Source: an uncultured Thermoanaerobaculia bacterium
GTDB lineage: Bacteria; Acidobacteriota; Thermoanaerobaculia; Multivoradales; CAZRFU01
Length of the DNA: 64,000 bases
Reading direction: 5' to 3'
NCBI GenBank assembly: GCA_964599475.1
Contig: CAZRFU010000001.1
Coordinates: 33,828 to 97,827 of the forward strand
The notes under the pieces were generated by a model. The model made no database searches. It was not told the origin of the DNA and saw only the letters and a list, made by a program, of their open reading frames with translations. This document shows, piece by piece, positions 22,306 through 30,671 of this stretch. Every line of letters begins with the position of its first letter. Position 1 is the first letter of the stretch. A program made the position numbers and the translations under genes.

Positions 22306-22425
22306 TGCTCCTCCAGCGCCGCCGCGAGCTCTCCCAGCTCCCCGCAGGCGAAAACATCTTAGTGATGCCCCTGCAGATCTGACAACGCGAGGCGGGGGCG
22401 AAAGATTCCCGATGTCAGGACTATC

Positions 22426-25251
22426 TTAGCCGCGCAGACTCATATCGAGGGGCGAGAAGGAAGGGTGAACGGGGGGCGGGCGGAACAGAGGGCCTCGTCC
22501 CTTGCCAGTTCCCCGTCCCTCTTCCCCCCAAACACAACGGCCGCGCTCATCGCGCGGCCGTTGCCCAATCCGGAGGAGCGGCGAGCTCAGGGAGCGTCGA
22601 AGCCGAACTTCTGGTAGTTCATCCCGATGTACTTCTTCCACTCGTCCGGGACCTCTTCCATTGGGAAGATCGCCTGAACCGGGCAGGCATCGACGCACAG
22701 GCCGCAGTCGATGCATTCCTCGGGATGGATGAAGAGTTGGTTCCAGTCCTCGTTCTTGCCATAGATGCAGTCGACCGGGCAGACATCCACGCAGGATGTG
22801 TCTTTCACGTCGACGCACGGCTCGGCGATGATGTGGGGCATCTCGGGTCCTTTCGTTGGCCAGCGCGAGAACATGCTCGCTCGCTGCGGATTCTAGCAGG
22901 GGGACCAAGGTACCGGGTACCAGGTACCGGGTACCCGTCGGAGCGCCGGAGGCCTCTTCCGAGCGGTTCCCCATGCACCCCTCCGTGGTGCACCCCGGAG
23001 GATGAAAATCAAGCCCGCCGTCCGGTCTCCGTTCCGGCCCGGTCCCGGGTCCCCGGTCCCCGGTACCTCCCGCCCGGGCCTTCAGCCATGCCACAGCGGC
23101 CTCCAGCACCTCGTCGCGGCCGGCAGCGATGCCGGCGCGGGTTGGTGTCACGACGACGTCGGGGATGACTCCGCGTCCGCGGATGTTGCCGTCTGGACCG
23201 TGGGCAGACATCCCGGTGAAGTAGAGGCGATAGCCCGCCGGGAGCCACAGGCCGGTGAAGTTGCCGTTGGTACCGGCAGACGGGCTGCCGACGATGGTGG
23301 CGAGGCGCTGTTCGGCGAACATGGTGAGGAGGGTTTCGGCGTAGCTCAGGGCGTTGTGGTCGGCCAGCACCACGATCGGGGCGCGGAGCCGCGGTTCGAG
23401 CGGCGGCACGGTCCACCGCGAGCATTGCGGAATGCCGGCGCCCGGCCGGTCGCGCTCCGGGATGCAGAACTGGGGACCCGCCAGTGGTCGATCGCTCAGA
23501 TGGCCGAGTTTGGATTCGGAGATCACTGGATACCCGCGCAGGTCGAAGATCACGCCGGTTGCTGCGGCGAGCCTCGGCAGGACTTGCTCCCAGGTGGTGT
23601 CGTCGACCCGCCGCAGGTCGAGCGAGAGCACGCCATCAGCCTCGACCCGCAGGCTCGGCCGTTCGTCGACCAGGAGCTTGCCGAGGCTGCCGGCCGGTCG
23701 AGCGGCAAGCGCGACCGTGCGCCGTGCTCCGTCGATACCCTCCGCCTCGACCTCGACCAGGTGTGGGGCTGAGCGCAGGACCAGGTTCTCGAGGGCACGA
23801 GCACGTCGGTGGGGCTCGGTCGCGCCGGCGGTTCGTGCGAGGGCGTCGAGCAGGGCTTGATCCATCGTCCGCCCGTCGAAGCGAAGGAGCCGATCGCCGA
23901 CTCGCACCTCAGAAACGTCGTCGGCGGTGCGAGTGACGACGACCTCGCCATCGATGTCGGCCACGAGGAAGGGCAGGCGGAACTCGCGGCCACCCTCGGG
24001 CCGCCCGAGCAACGCGTGACCGTCGTTGGTCGCACCGACCAGGCGCTCGAGCGCGTGGGTCGCCTCGCTCGCCGAGCCCGCAACGGCGAGCTCGCGCAAG
24101 GCTCGCCGCAGGACGTCCTCCCACGCGGCGGAACCGGGTGGACGTTCGGGATCGAACTGCTCGAGCACGCCCCAGGCGAGAATCGCCGTGGCCAAGCGGG
24201 TCGACCGATCTGTCGCCGACGGCGCCCACCCTGCTGGGCGTACCGGGATCGGGCCGGCTGCCGGCGCCCCGGTGGCGCAGGTGTCGAGGGGGATGTCGGC
24301 CTCGAGTCCCTCGCCGAGATCGACCGTGGCGCGACGCGCGTCGGTGGTGGGGACGAAGCTGCTGCGAAGCTCGAACGCCGCCATCGGCACGTCGAAAGGT
24401 GCGCCCAGGTAGGTGCGCCGGTGCGAGCCACCCGGGCAGAGCGACGACCCCTGTCCGCTCGGCGAAGCTTCGATCGACAACCCCGGTGCGAGTGGGCCGA
24501 GAGTGGCCATCAGTGCTTCGGCCGGAACCCCTGGGTGGTTCTCCACCTGTTCGACGGCGGCGATGGCTGCGAGATCCCAATCGACCGGCGGATCCGCAAC
24601 CGGGCCGAAGAAACGCAGGATCGAAAGCAGGCGTGCGAGCATCACCAGGCGGGTTTCGCCATCCGCCGAGAGCGGCGCGGCAGATTTATCACCCATGCCG
24701 AGGGCGATCCCAACCTTCGCGTCGAGATCGGCGAGGCCGAAAGTGCCTGCGCCGAAGGCCGCGACCTCGATCAGCACCGCATCAGCGTCGTCGCCGACCT
24801 CGACGACGAGCCCGGCCGGCGCCCATGTGTTGGGCAGTCCGCGGCCGGGACTTTCGACGCGAAACAGGCGTTCGCCGCTGTCCTTGACCGCGGTGGCAAT
24901 CAGCCGAGCGACCCCGCTGTGTTCGGGTTGCGGTGCGGACCAGGTCAGGGCGCGCAGGTGGAGCCTGTGCCCCCGCCACGGTGTGGCGTCGACACGCTGG
25001 ACCAACCGTGCAGCCGGTACCAGAGGTCCCGTCGCCCGCTCGCAACGCAGGACCGCCGCCCACCGGCCCCCCAGCCGCTCGCGCTCGAGTGCGCAGGCGC
25101 CGCCGGTCCGATCGTCGAGTTTCCACGCCTCGAGCGCCGCAGGACGGGAGAAGTCACCACGGATCGCAACCGCTCCCGCCTCCGGCGACTCGGGTGCCGT
25201 GCCGCTACCGAGGGTGGCGATCGCCAGTACCACCGTGCCGAGCCGCGGCAC
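22426..25251 (-). CDS. S41-family C-terminal processing peptidase (tail-specific-protease-like); the 3' end reads through a repeat insertion
   Basis: The probable start is GTG at 25251, immediately after the DUF72 stop, followed by a signal peptide (VPRLGTVVLAIATLGSGTA). S41 blocks are present (DLRGYPVISE, ADHNALSYAETL, SPSAGTNGNF, GVIPDVVV). The homologous part ends near 23070 (AVAWLKARAGG). No in-frame stop occurs until 22426, so the frame continues through the repeat and antisense to fdx. The 3' boundary is uncertain. Confidence 0.55.
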   Translation of the reverse strand: MPRLGTVVLAIATLGSGTAPESPEAGAVAIRGDFSRPAALEAWKLDDRTGGACALERERLGGRWAAVLRCERATGPLVPAARLVQRVDATPWRGHRLHLRALTWSAPQPEHSGVARLIATAVKDSGERLFRVESPGRGLPNTWAPAGLVVEVGDDADAVLIEVAAFGAGTFGLADLDAKVGIALGMGDKSAAPLSADGETRLVMLARLLSILRFFGPVADPPVDWDLAAIAAVEQVENHPGVPAEALMATLGPLAPGLSIEASPSGQGSSLCPGGSHRRTYLGAPFDVPMAAFELRSSFVPTTDARRATVDLGEGLEADIPLDTCATGAPAAGPIPVRPAGWAPSATDRSTRLATAILAWGVLEQFDPERPPGSAAWEDVLRRALRELAVAGSASEATHALERLVGATNDGHALLGRPEGGREFRLPFLVADIDGEVVVTRTADDVSEVRVGDRLLRFDGRTMDQALLDALARTAGATEPHRRARALENLVLRSAPHLVEVEAEGIDGARRTVALAARPAGSLGKLLVDERPSLRVEADGVLSLDLRRVDDTTWEQVLPRLAAATGVIFDLRGYPVISESKLGHLSDRPLAGPQFCIPERDRPGAGIPQCSRWTVPPLEPRLRAPIVVLADHNALSYAETLLTMFAEQRLATIVGSPSAGTNGNFTGLWLPAGYRLYFTGMSAHGPDGNIRGRGVIPDVVVTPTRAGIAAGRDEVLEAAVAWLKARAGGTGDRGPGTGPERRPDGGLDFHPPGCTTEGCMGNRSEEASGAPTGTRYLVPGTLVPLLESAASEHVLALANERTRDAPHHRRAVRRRERHILRGCLPGRLHLWQERGLEPTLHPSRGMHRLRPVRRCLPGSGDLPNGRGPGRVEEVHRDELPEVRLRRSLSSPLLRIGQRPRDERGRCVWGEEGRGTGKGRGPLFRPPPVHPSFSPLDMSLRG
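22523..22561 (-). terminator. Rho-independent-type terminator downstream of the ferredoxin gene
   Basis: A 10-bp perfect stem (ACGGCCGCGC / GCGCGGCCGT) has a 5-nt loop. On the minus strand it is followed by TTGTGTTTGGGGGG. Confidence 0.5.
22587..22841 (-). CDS. 7Fe-type ferredoxin (FdxA-like)
   Basis: The start is ATG at 22841 (MPHIIAEPCVDVKDTSCVDVCPVDCIY...CIDCGLCVDACP). It has the classic [3Fe-4S][4Fe-4S] cysteine spacing. Confidence 0.85.
   Translation of the reverse strand: MPHIIAEPCVDVKDTSCVDVCPVDCIYGKNEDWNQLFIHPEECIDCGLCVDACPVQAIFPMEEVPDEWKKYIGMNYQKFGFDAP
22901..23070. repeat. Composite repeat: (GGTACCN)4, variant linker, core hairpin element, then (GGTCCC/GGTCCCC) units
   Basis: The core at 22968-23032 (ttccccatgcacccctccgtggtgcaccccggaggatgaaaatcaagcccgccgtccggtct) is identical to the copies at 14760 and 14880. 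Confidence 0.85.
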
Positions 25252-25252
25252 T

Positions 25253-25957
25253 TCAGTCGCCGGCCAACTCGACGAAGCGCTGGGCCAGTTTGGGCCCGAT
25301 GCCCCCGTCTTCGTGCTTGAAGAATACGTACGCCTCGGCGAGACCCGCGGCTCGCAGCCGTTCGAGCCAGGCAACCAAGCGTGCCTCGTCGTAGGCTTCG
25401 CGGCGCAGCCGCACATAGGCAAAGCGTGCGGTGACCGCCACCTCGGGTTCGGGTGCGTCGTCGACGTCGGCGGTGCACCAGGAGCACGCGCCGTGGCTGC
25501 GGACCAGCTCGAGCACCGCCGGATCCGACCAGCTCGGATGGCGCATCTCGAGGGCACAGGGCAGGCCGGCCGGCAGGTCGGCGAGGAAGCGCGCGAGGCG
25601 GTCGTCGTCGCGCCTGAGGTTCGGTGGGGTCTGGAACAGGATCGGGCCGAGCTTCGGGCCCAAGGCCTGCGCCTGTTGGCAGAGGTATGCGACGTTGTCG
25701 GCGGTGTCCTTCAAGCGCGCAATGTGGGTGATCTTCTGCGACGCCTTGAGCACGAAGCGAAAGTCGTCCGGCACCTGCGCCGCCCACCCTTCGAGCACCG
25801 ACGTTTTGGGCATGCGGTAGAAGGTGTTGTTGATCTCGACCACTCCGAGGCGTTCGGCGTAGTAGCCGAGCATCTGGTCGGGTTTGATTCGCTCGGGGTA
25901 GAAGGACCCCTTCCATTCGGGGAACGAAAATCCGCTGGTGCCGGCGAAGACCTTCAT
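25253..25957 (-). CDS. DUF72 (YecE/UPF0759) family protein
   Basis: The 234-aa product contains INNTFYRMP and a TIM-barrel-like DUF72 signature. Confidence 0.75.
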   Translation of the reverse strand: MKVFAGTSGFSFPEWKGSFYPERIKPDQMLGYYAERLGVVEINNTFYRMPKTSVLEGWAAQVPDDFRFVLKASQKITHIARLKDTADNVAYLCQQAQALGPKLGPILFQTPPNLRRDDDRLARFLADLPAGLPCALEMRHPSWSDPAVLELVRSHGACSWCTADVDDAPEPEVAVTARFAYVRLRREAYDEARLVAWLERLRAAGLAEAYVFFKHEDGGIGPKLAQRFVELAGD

Positions 25958-25987
25958 CGAGAGCTCCTTGTGCCCGGTTCGGTGCGC

Positions 25988-26887
25988 CTAGGCTGCAGCG
26001 GGTGAGCCCACCAGGAGCGCCGCTTCGAGCCGGGCCACCAGGGCCGCGACCTCGAGGCGCGAGACCTTGGCGCCGGCACCGTCACGTTCGACCCGGTCGA
26101 GGGTGGCGCGGGCGAGCAACACCGGCAGCGCACAAAACGCCACGACACCTTTGGGGGCTTTGTGTTGTTGGAGCAGGTGCACGTATTCGGTGGCGCGTTC
26201 GAGGTCGGCGCGGGCGATGGCGAAAACCTCGGTGCGATCAACCGACCGCGGCACGTAACAGCGGCCTTCGCCGCGATCGTCTTCGGCGTCCTTCAAGATG
26301 TTGACCAACTGGAGGCCTTCACCGAAGGCGCGCGATCGCGATCGCAGGGCCTCGGCACCGGCGGCCAGTTGGGGGCGGCCGAGCAGGAAGAGCTCGGTCA
26401 ACATCTCGCCGACGATGCCCGCGACCACGTAGCAGTAGTCGCGCAGATCGTCGAGGGTCTCGAGCGTCAGCGAGCCCGCATCGGCTCCGCTCGCGACGAA
26501 TCGCGCCATGCCGGCGGCGCTGCCGTCCAGGTGCCGATGAAGGATCGACCGCGCGTCATCGCCGAGCTCGCGGAAGGCCTGCATCACCCGGGGCGTTTCG
26601 CGCAGCAGCTCGAGGTACCCAGGGTGCTCGAGCGGCGGCTGGTGCAGCCACCCCTCCGCCTCTGCCACCGCCTCGAGTGCCGTGGGGCGCTCGAGCAGGG
26701 TGCGAAAGCCCTGGAGCTCCCGCACCCGACGATCCCGGCCCCAGGCCACCGCGTCCTCGAGGGTGTCGGCGATGCGGAACAACAGGTAGGCAACCGTCAC
26801 CTGCCTCCGCGTCGGTTCGGGCAGCCGGGGAATCGACAGCGCAAAGGTGCGGCTGGTGCGTTCGAGCAGCTCGTCGAGAGTGGGCAC
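25988..26887 (-). CDS. Squalene/phytoene synthase family protein (HpnC/HpnD- or CrtB-like)
   Basis: Trans-IPPS head-to-head motifs are present: the first Asp-rich region is LFRIADTLED, the second is DYCYVVAGIVGEM, and there is a LQLVNILKD block. Confidence 0.75.
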   Translation of the reverse strand: MPTLDELLERTSRTFALSIPRLPEPTRRQVTVAYLLFRIADTLEDAVAWGRDRRVRELQGFRTLLERPTALEAVAEAEGWLHQPPLEHPGYLELLRETPRVMQAFRELGDDARSILHRHLDGSAAGMARFVASGADAGSLTLETLDDLRDYCYVVAGIVGEMLTELFLLGRPQLAAGAEALRSRSRAFGEGLQLVNILKDAEDDRGEGRCYVPRSVDRTEVFAIARADLERATEYVHLLQQHKAPKGVVAFCALPVLLARATLDRVERDGAGAKVSRLEVAALVARLEAALLVGSPAAA

Positions 26888-26963
26888 GGGGGAATGATAC
26901 CCAAGGCGCTCGGTGCACGGAGCCGGCGGTACAGTCGAGCCCGACTGTCTCGCCCGTTCCCAC

Positions 26964-27671
26964 TCACTCGAGCCAGCGAACCCTGCCGGAGCCGATGTCG
27001 TGGATTGCGCCGACGACCTCGAGCTCTCCGGCCTCGATCAGTTCCCGGATCAAGCTGCTGTCGCGGCGAATCCGCTCGACTGTCAGGCGCACGTTGGTTT
27101 CGGTGACCGCGGCAACGAAGGCCGGGTTCGAGCCACTTCGCGGCTCCGGCCCAGGGGTCGCGGCGACCGCCGGTTCGATCTGGTCGAGCAGGCCGGTGAG
27201 GTGGCCGAGCTCGGCACCGTCACAGGCGCCGACGATCGCCCCGCAGTGATCGTGACCCAGCACCACGACCACTTTCGATCCCATCAACTTGGTGGCGAAC
27301 TCGAGGCTGCCGAGCAATTCGTCGGTGACGATGTTGCCGGCGATCCGGCCGACGAAGAGGTCTCCAAGCCCTTGGTCGAACACCAGCTCGGGAGAGGCAC
27401 GCGAGTCGAGGCAGGCGATCACCGCGGCGAAGGGCCGTTGGCCGGCGGCGCTGCTGGCACGTTCGGCCTTCCAGTTGCGAGCCTTGAGGTGGTCGGTCGT
27501 CCAGCGTTCGTTTCCGGCCCGCAGGCGCTCGAGGGCCTGACGCGGCGTCATCGCCTGCTGGTCGGCCTGCGACAAGGTGGTGGTGCGGGGTGCCGGACCT
27601 CGATGGGCGCAGCCCCCGAGGACGGCTACGGACAGGAATCCTCCAAGGAACACTGATGTCACGCGCTGCAT
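26964..27671 (-). CDS. Beta-class carbonic anhydrase with a lipoprotein-type signal peptide
   Basis: The start is ATG at 27671 (MQRVTSVFLGGFLSVAVLGGC). The zinc ligands are CLDSR ... HDHCGA. Confidence 0.8.
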   Translation of the reverse strand: MQRVTSVFLGGFLSVAVLGGCAHRGPAPRTTTLSQADQQAMTPRQALERLRAGNERWTTDHLKARNWKAERASSAAGQRPFAAVIACLDSRASPELVFDQGLGDLFVGRIAGNIVTDELLGSLEFATKLMGSKVVVVLGHDHCGAIVGACDGAELGHLTGLLDQIEPAVAATPGPEPRSGSNPAFVAAVTETNVRLTVERIRRDSSLIRELIEAGELEVVGAIHDIGSGRVRWLE

Positions 27672-27740
27672 CGTCGTCTCCGGAGCAGTTTCGGCCAGTG
27701 TAGCGGATCGCCGAGGTCGGGTGCAGGGCCCGGGTTGCCC

Positions 27741-27782
27741 TGCGGCGACCGATCCATGCTCCGATCCCCGATCCCCGATCCC
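27741..27782. repeat. Short (GATCCCC)3 tandem array
   Basis: The sequence is ccgatccatgctccgatccccgatccccgatccccc, between the carbonic anhydrase start and the end of the isoprenoid operon. Confidence 0.5.
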
Positions 27783-27783
27783 C

Positions 27784-28584
27784 CTAGGCCCGCGGTACCA
27801 GCGTGCCGACTCGCCCCTCCCGGCGCAGAGCGGAGGCGAGGGCGCCGGGCGTCGTCCCATCGAAGATCCAGGACTCGACGCCGCTGCGCGCGAGCTCGAG
27901 GGCGGTATCGACCCGCAGCCTCACGCCGCCGGTGACATCGACGCCGGCGGCGCCCGCAAGGGCGTGGTCGAGCTCGGCTCTTCGTTGCTGATCGACCAGT
28001 GGGACCAGCTCGCCGTTCCGGTCGAGGATGCCTGGCGTGGCTCCTGCCCACAAGGCTCGGTCGACTCGCCAGCCGGTCTGCGGCAAGGCGTCCACCAAGG
28101 CTGCGAAGACCTGCTCGGTCGAGGCGATGGTGGTTCCAAGGCGCGCGTCTGCGACGATATCTCCGCAGACCACGGGGATCGCCCCAGCCTCGAGGGCTCC
28201 GGCCAGGGCGTCGACCGAGGCCATGAGTACACTGCCTCCGGCGAGGGTGAGCCAGGCAGCTGGGCGCAGAGACAGCGCCGGCAGCCGCGCTGTGACCAGC
28301 GCACTGAGAAGAAGTCGGTGAAGCTCTCCAGCGGCGAGTTGAACTCGGGCAGCCGCAAGCGTTCGCGCAGCTCCGGTGCGCTCGCGAAAGCGGTGTCGAT
28401 GGGCGGCCCAGTGGCCGAAGGAGCCGCTGCCGTGCCCCAGGATCACCGCCGGCGCGTCGGGTCGGGCGGTGACTGAGGTGAGCTCCTCGGCCAGGCGCTC
28501 GATCACCTCGCGGCGCAGCGCCCGCGGCCGCTGCTTGTCGGTCAGCAGGCTGCCCCCGAGCTTGACCAGCGTGACCGGCCGCAT
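27784..28584 (-). CDS. Isopentenyl phosphate kinase (amino-acid-kinase fold)
   Basis: The start is ATG at 28584 (MRPVTLVKLGGSLLTD...). It has the KLGGS motif and a His-containing IPK-type region (ILGHGSGSFGH). It is the last gene of the isoprenoid operon. Confidence 0.7.
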   Translation of the reverse strand: MRPVTLVKLGGSLLTDKQRPRALRREVIERLAEELTSVTARPDAPAVILGHGSGSFGHWAAHRHRFRERTGAARTLAAARVQLAAGELHRLLLSALVTARLPALSLRPAAWLTLAGGSVLMASVDALAGALEAGAIPVVCGDIVADARLGTTIASTEQVFAALVDALPQTGWRVDRALWAGATPGILDRNGELVPLVDQQRRAELDHALAGAAGVDVTGGVRLRVDTALELARSGVESWIFDGTTPGALASALRREGRVGTLVPRA

Positions 28585-29585
28585 CAAAACAGGTGCTCGG
28601 AGCTGATCGCAGGTCCGTTGCCGACGTGGTCGCTGATGACCTCCTCGACGCCTGGAACCGCGCGCAGGAGCGCTGCCAGATCGGCCGCCGACCGGCTTTC
28701 GCAGATCGCGTGGACGTTGGCTCCGGCGTCCATCGTCGCCCAGGCCGGCAGGCCGTCCCGGCGGGCCCGGCGGACCGCTTCGAGCACCGCCAGGGTGGCC
28801 GGGCGCCAGTAGAAGATCGGCGGCCGCGACGACATCGCGATCAGGTGCAGCTCGATCGCCTCCTCCTCGAGCACCGGGCCGAGGAGGTCGAGGCGGCGTT
28901 CTTCGATCGCCAGTCGGACGGCGGCCAGACGGGTCGGCAGCAGGTTGCGACGGGTCTCGAAGTGGGGGCTCGTCGCGGCGCGGCGATGACCGTCGATCGA
29001 GGCGACGTCCTTCTCGGCCGTTTCGACGACCGCGATCACGTCGGCGAGATCCCAATGGGAGGCTGGGAAGAGGGATGCCGCCGGGGCGTCGGGGTCGTCG
29101 CCCGGAGGGGCCGGCCACTCGACATATCCGCCGAGCACCGACCGGCTGGCCGAGCCCGAGCCCGACAGCCGCGCGCGGATCGACAGCTCCCGCCCACTCG
29201 GCTGCTCTCCGAGAGCGCTCGAGACGGCGGTGGCGAGAGCCGCAAAACCGGAGGCCGAGCTTGCCAGGCCGGCAGCGGCAGGGAAGCTGTTGCGGGTGGC
29301 GACGCGGAAGCCGCGGCCGGTGCCGATGTGCGCGCGCAGACGCTCGAGATGTGCCAGCACCCGGGCGGCGAAGCGTTCGGGTGCCACTCTGGCGGTACCC
29401 AGGGAATCGATCAGCTCGATCGAGTCGGCGGCGCCCTCTGGCAGCGCTTCGACCGTGGTCGTGGTGGCGCAGACCGACAGAGTCATCGAGATCGACGGAT
29501 CGAGCGGCAGCGCCGAGCTCAGGTCGCGGGCGCCCCAATACTTGACGAAGGCGATGTTGGCCGGGGCGACGATGGTGGTCTTCAT
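28584..29585 (-). CDS. Diphosphomevalonate-decarboxylase-family enzyme (MVD or phosphomevalonate decarboxylase)
   Basis: The start is ATG at 29585 (MKTTIVAPANIAFVKYWG...). It is a GHMP-kinase-fold MVD family member (SSASGFAALA). It overlaps its neighbours by 1 nt on each side. Confidence 0.8.
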   Translation of the reverse strand: MKTTIVAPANIAFVKYWGARDLSSALPLDPSISMTLSVCATTTTVEALPEGAADSIELIDSLGTARVAPERFAARVLAHLERLRAHIGTGRGFRVATRNSFPAAAGLASSASGFAALATAVSSALGEQPSGRELSIRARLSGSGSASRSVLGGYVEWPAPPGDDPDAPAASLFPASHWDLADVIAVVETAEKDVASIDGHRRAATSPHFETRRNLLPTRLAAVRLAIEERRLDLLGPVLEEEAIELHLIAMSSRPPIFYWRPATLAVLEAVRRARRDGLPAWATMDAGANVHAICESRSAADLAALLRAVPGVEEVISDHVGNGPAISSEHLF

Positions 29586-30664
29586 CAGGTCTCCTCGAGG
29601 CGTGCGCCGACGGCGCCGAGTGTGGTGGTCAGGGGCGACCAACCCAGTAGGGCTGGCTCGAAGCGCTCGAACGGATCGTGGGCGAGGACGGCGCCCGCGC
29701 CGGGATCGGACAGCGCACCAGCGCCCGAGATCTTCGCACTGATGCCTCGCCGACCGAGGGCCTCCAGCTGTTGACGGACTGCGGGTGGTACCACGCCGAG
29801 GTGTTCGAGTGCCTGTTCGCAGTCGTCGATGGCCACCGCCAGGTTGCGGCCGTCGCCCGCCACCAGCGCATCGCGCAGCCGGTGGGTGGCGGCGCCGATT
29901 CGATCGTTGGCGGCCTCGACCACATCCGGGTGCAGGTTGGCGAGTCGTCGAACGGCAGCGACCACCGCTCCAGTGGTTTCGTTGGGGCGCCCGGAATCGG
30001 CCAGCGCCAGATGACTGAGGAGCTGCGGTTCAGCGACCACGGGACTGACCTCGAGCTGCTCTCCCCAACCCGCTCCTTGGTCGTCGGCGCCCGCAGCCAA
30101 CCGACGGCTGATCCAACATACGCCGCCGTGGAGCACTGCGGCGTTGTCGATCCCCGATGGCCGGCCGTGCTGCAGCCGCTCGACCGCGAGCGAGGCGTCG
30201 AAGAGTGTCGCGGGCTCGAGGAGGTGCCCCAGTGCCGCTGAGCCGGCTTGGAGCACCGCCACGGCCAGGGCGGCTGAGCTTCCGAGGCCGGCGCCGAGAG
30301 GGATTTCCGAGGTGACCACGAGCCTCAGCGCCGGCATCCGGTCGATGGCGAGGCGACGACCGAGCTCGTGCAGCGTCGCAGCGATGTGCGCGAGCGGGTC
30401 CTTGGTCCCGAGCGGGGCGCCGGGGTCCGCGCACCAGCGATGCCAGGCAGCCTCCGCGGCTTGGGCGAGGTCGTGTGCGCGGTCGCACGCGAGGTCGTGG
30501 CGGGTGCCTGCGAGGTGGATCTGGTGGTTGGTGCCCGCGACGGTTGCCGCCTCCACGCTCAGCCGCAACCCGATCGCAGCGATCAGGGCGGGCCGGCCCC
30601 ACACCGCTGCGTGTTCTCCGGCCAGGATCGCCTTCCCCGGCGCCGAGGCGACCGCAGCAGGCAT
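29585..30664 (-). CDS. mvk: Mevalonate kinase (GHMP kinase)
   Basis: The sequence APGKAILAGEHAAVWG and the GHMP motif PLGAGLGSSAAL are present. Confidence 0.8.
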   Translation of the reverse strand: MPAAVASAPGKAILAGEHAAVWGRPALIAAIGLRLSVEAATVAGTNHQIHLAGTRHDLACDRAHDLAQAAEAAWHRWCADPGAPLGTKDPLAHIAATLHELGRRLAIDRMPALRLVVTSEIPLGAGLGSSAALAVAVLQAGSAALGHLLEPATLFDASLAVERLQHGRPSGIDNAAVLHGGVCWISRRLAAGADDQGAGWGEQLEVSPVVAEPQLLSHLALADSGRPNETTGAVVAAVRRLANLHPDVVEAANDRIGAATHRLRDALVAGDGRNLAVAIDDCEQALEHLGVVPPAVRQQLEALGRRGISAKISGAGALSDPGAGAVLAHDPFERFEPALLGWSPLTTTLGAVGARLEET

Positions 30665-30671
30665 CGTCGGA

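Noticed and set aside
22306-22586. CIRCE/HrcA operator upstream of cbpA-clpB
   Set aside because: Only loose CTAAGAT half-site-like repeats are present and no inverted repeat matches the CIRCE consensus, so it was not called.
25253-25557. N-terminal 102 aa of the 1043-aa ORF (22426-25557)
   Set aside because: This part overlaps the DUF72 gene in another frame and has a Pro/Arg-rich composition. A GTG start with a signal peptide directly after the DUF72 stop is more plausible.
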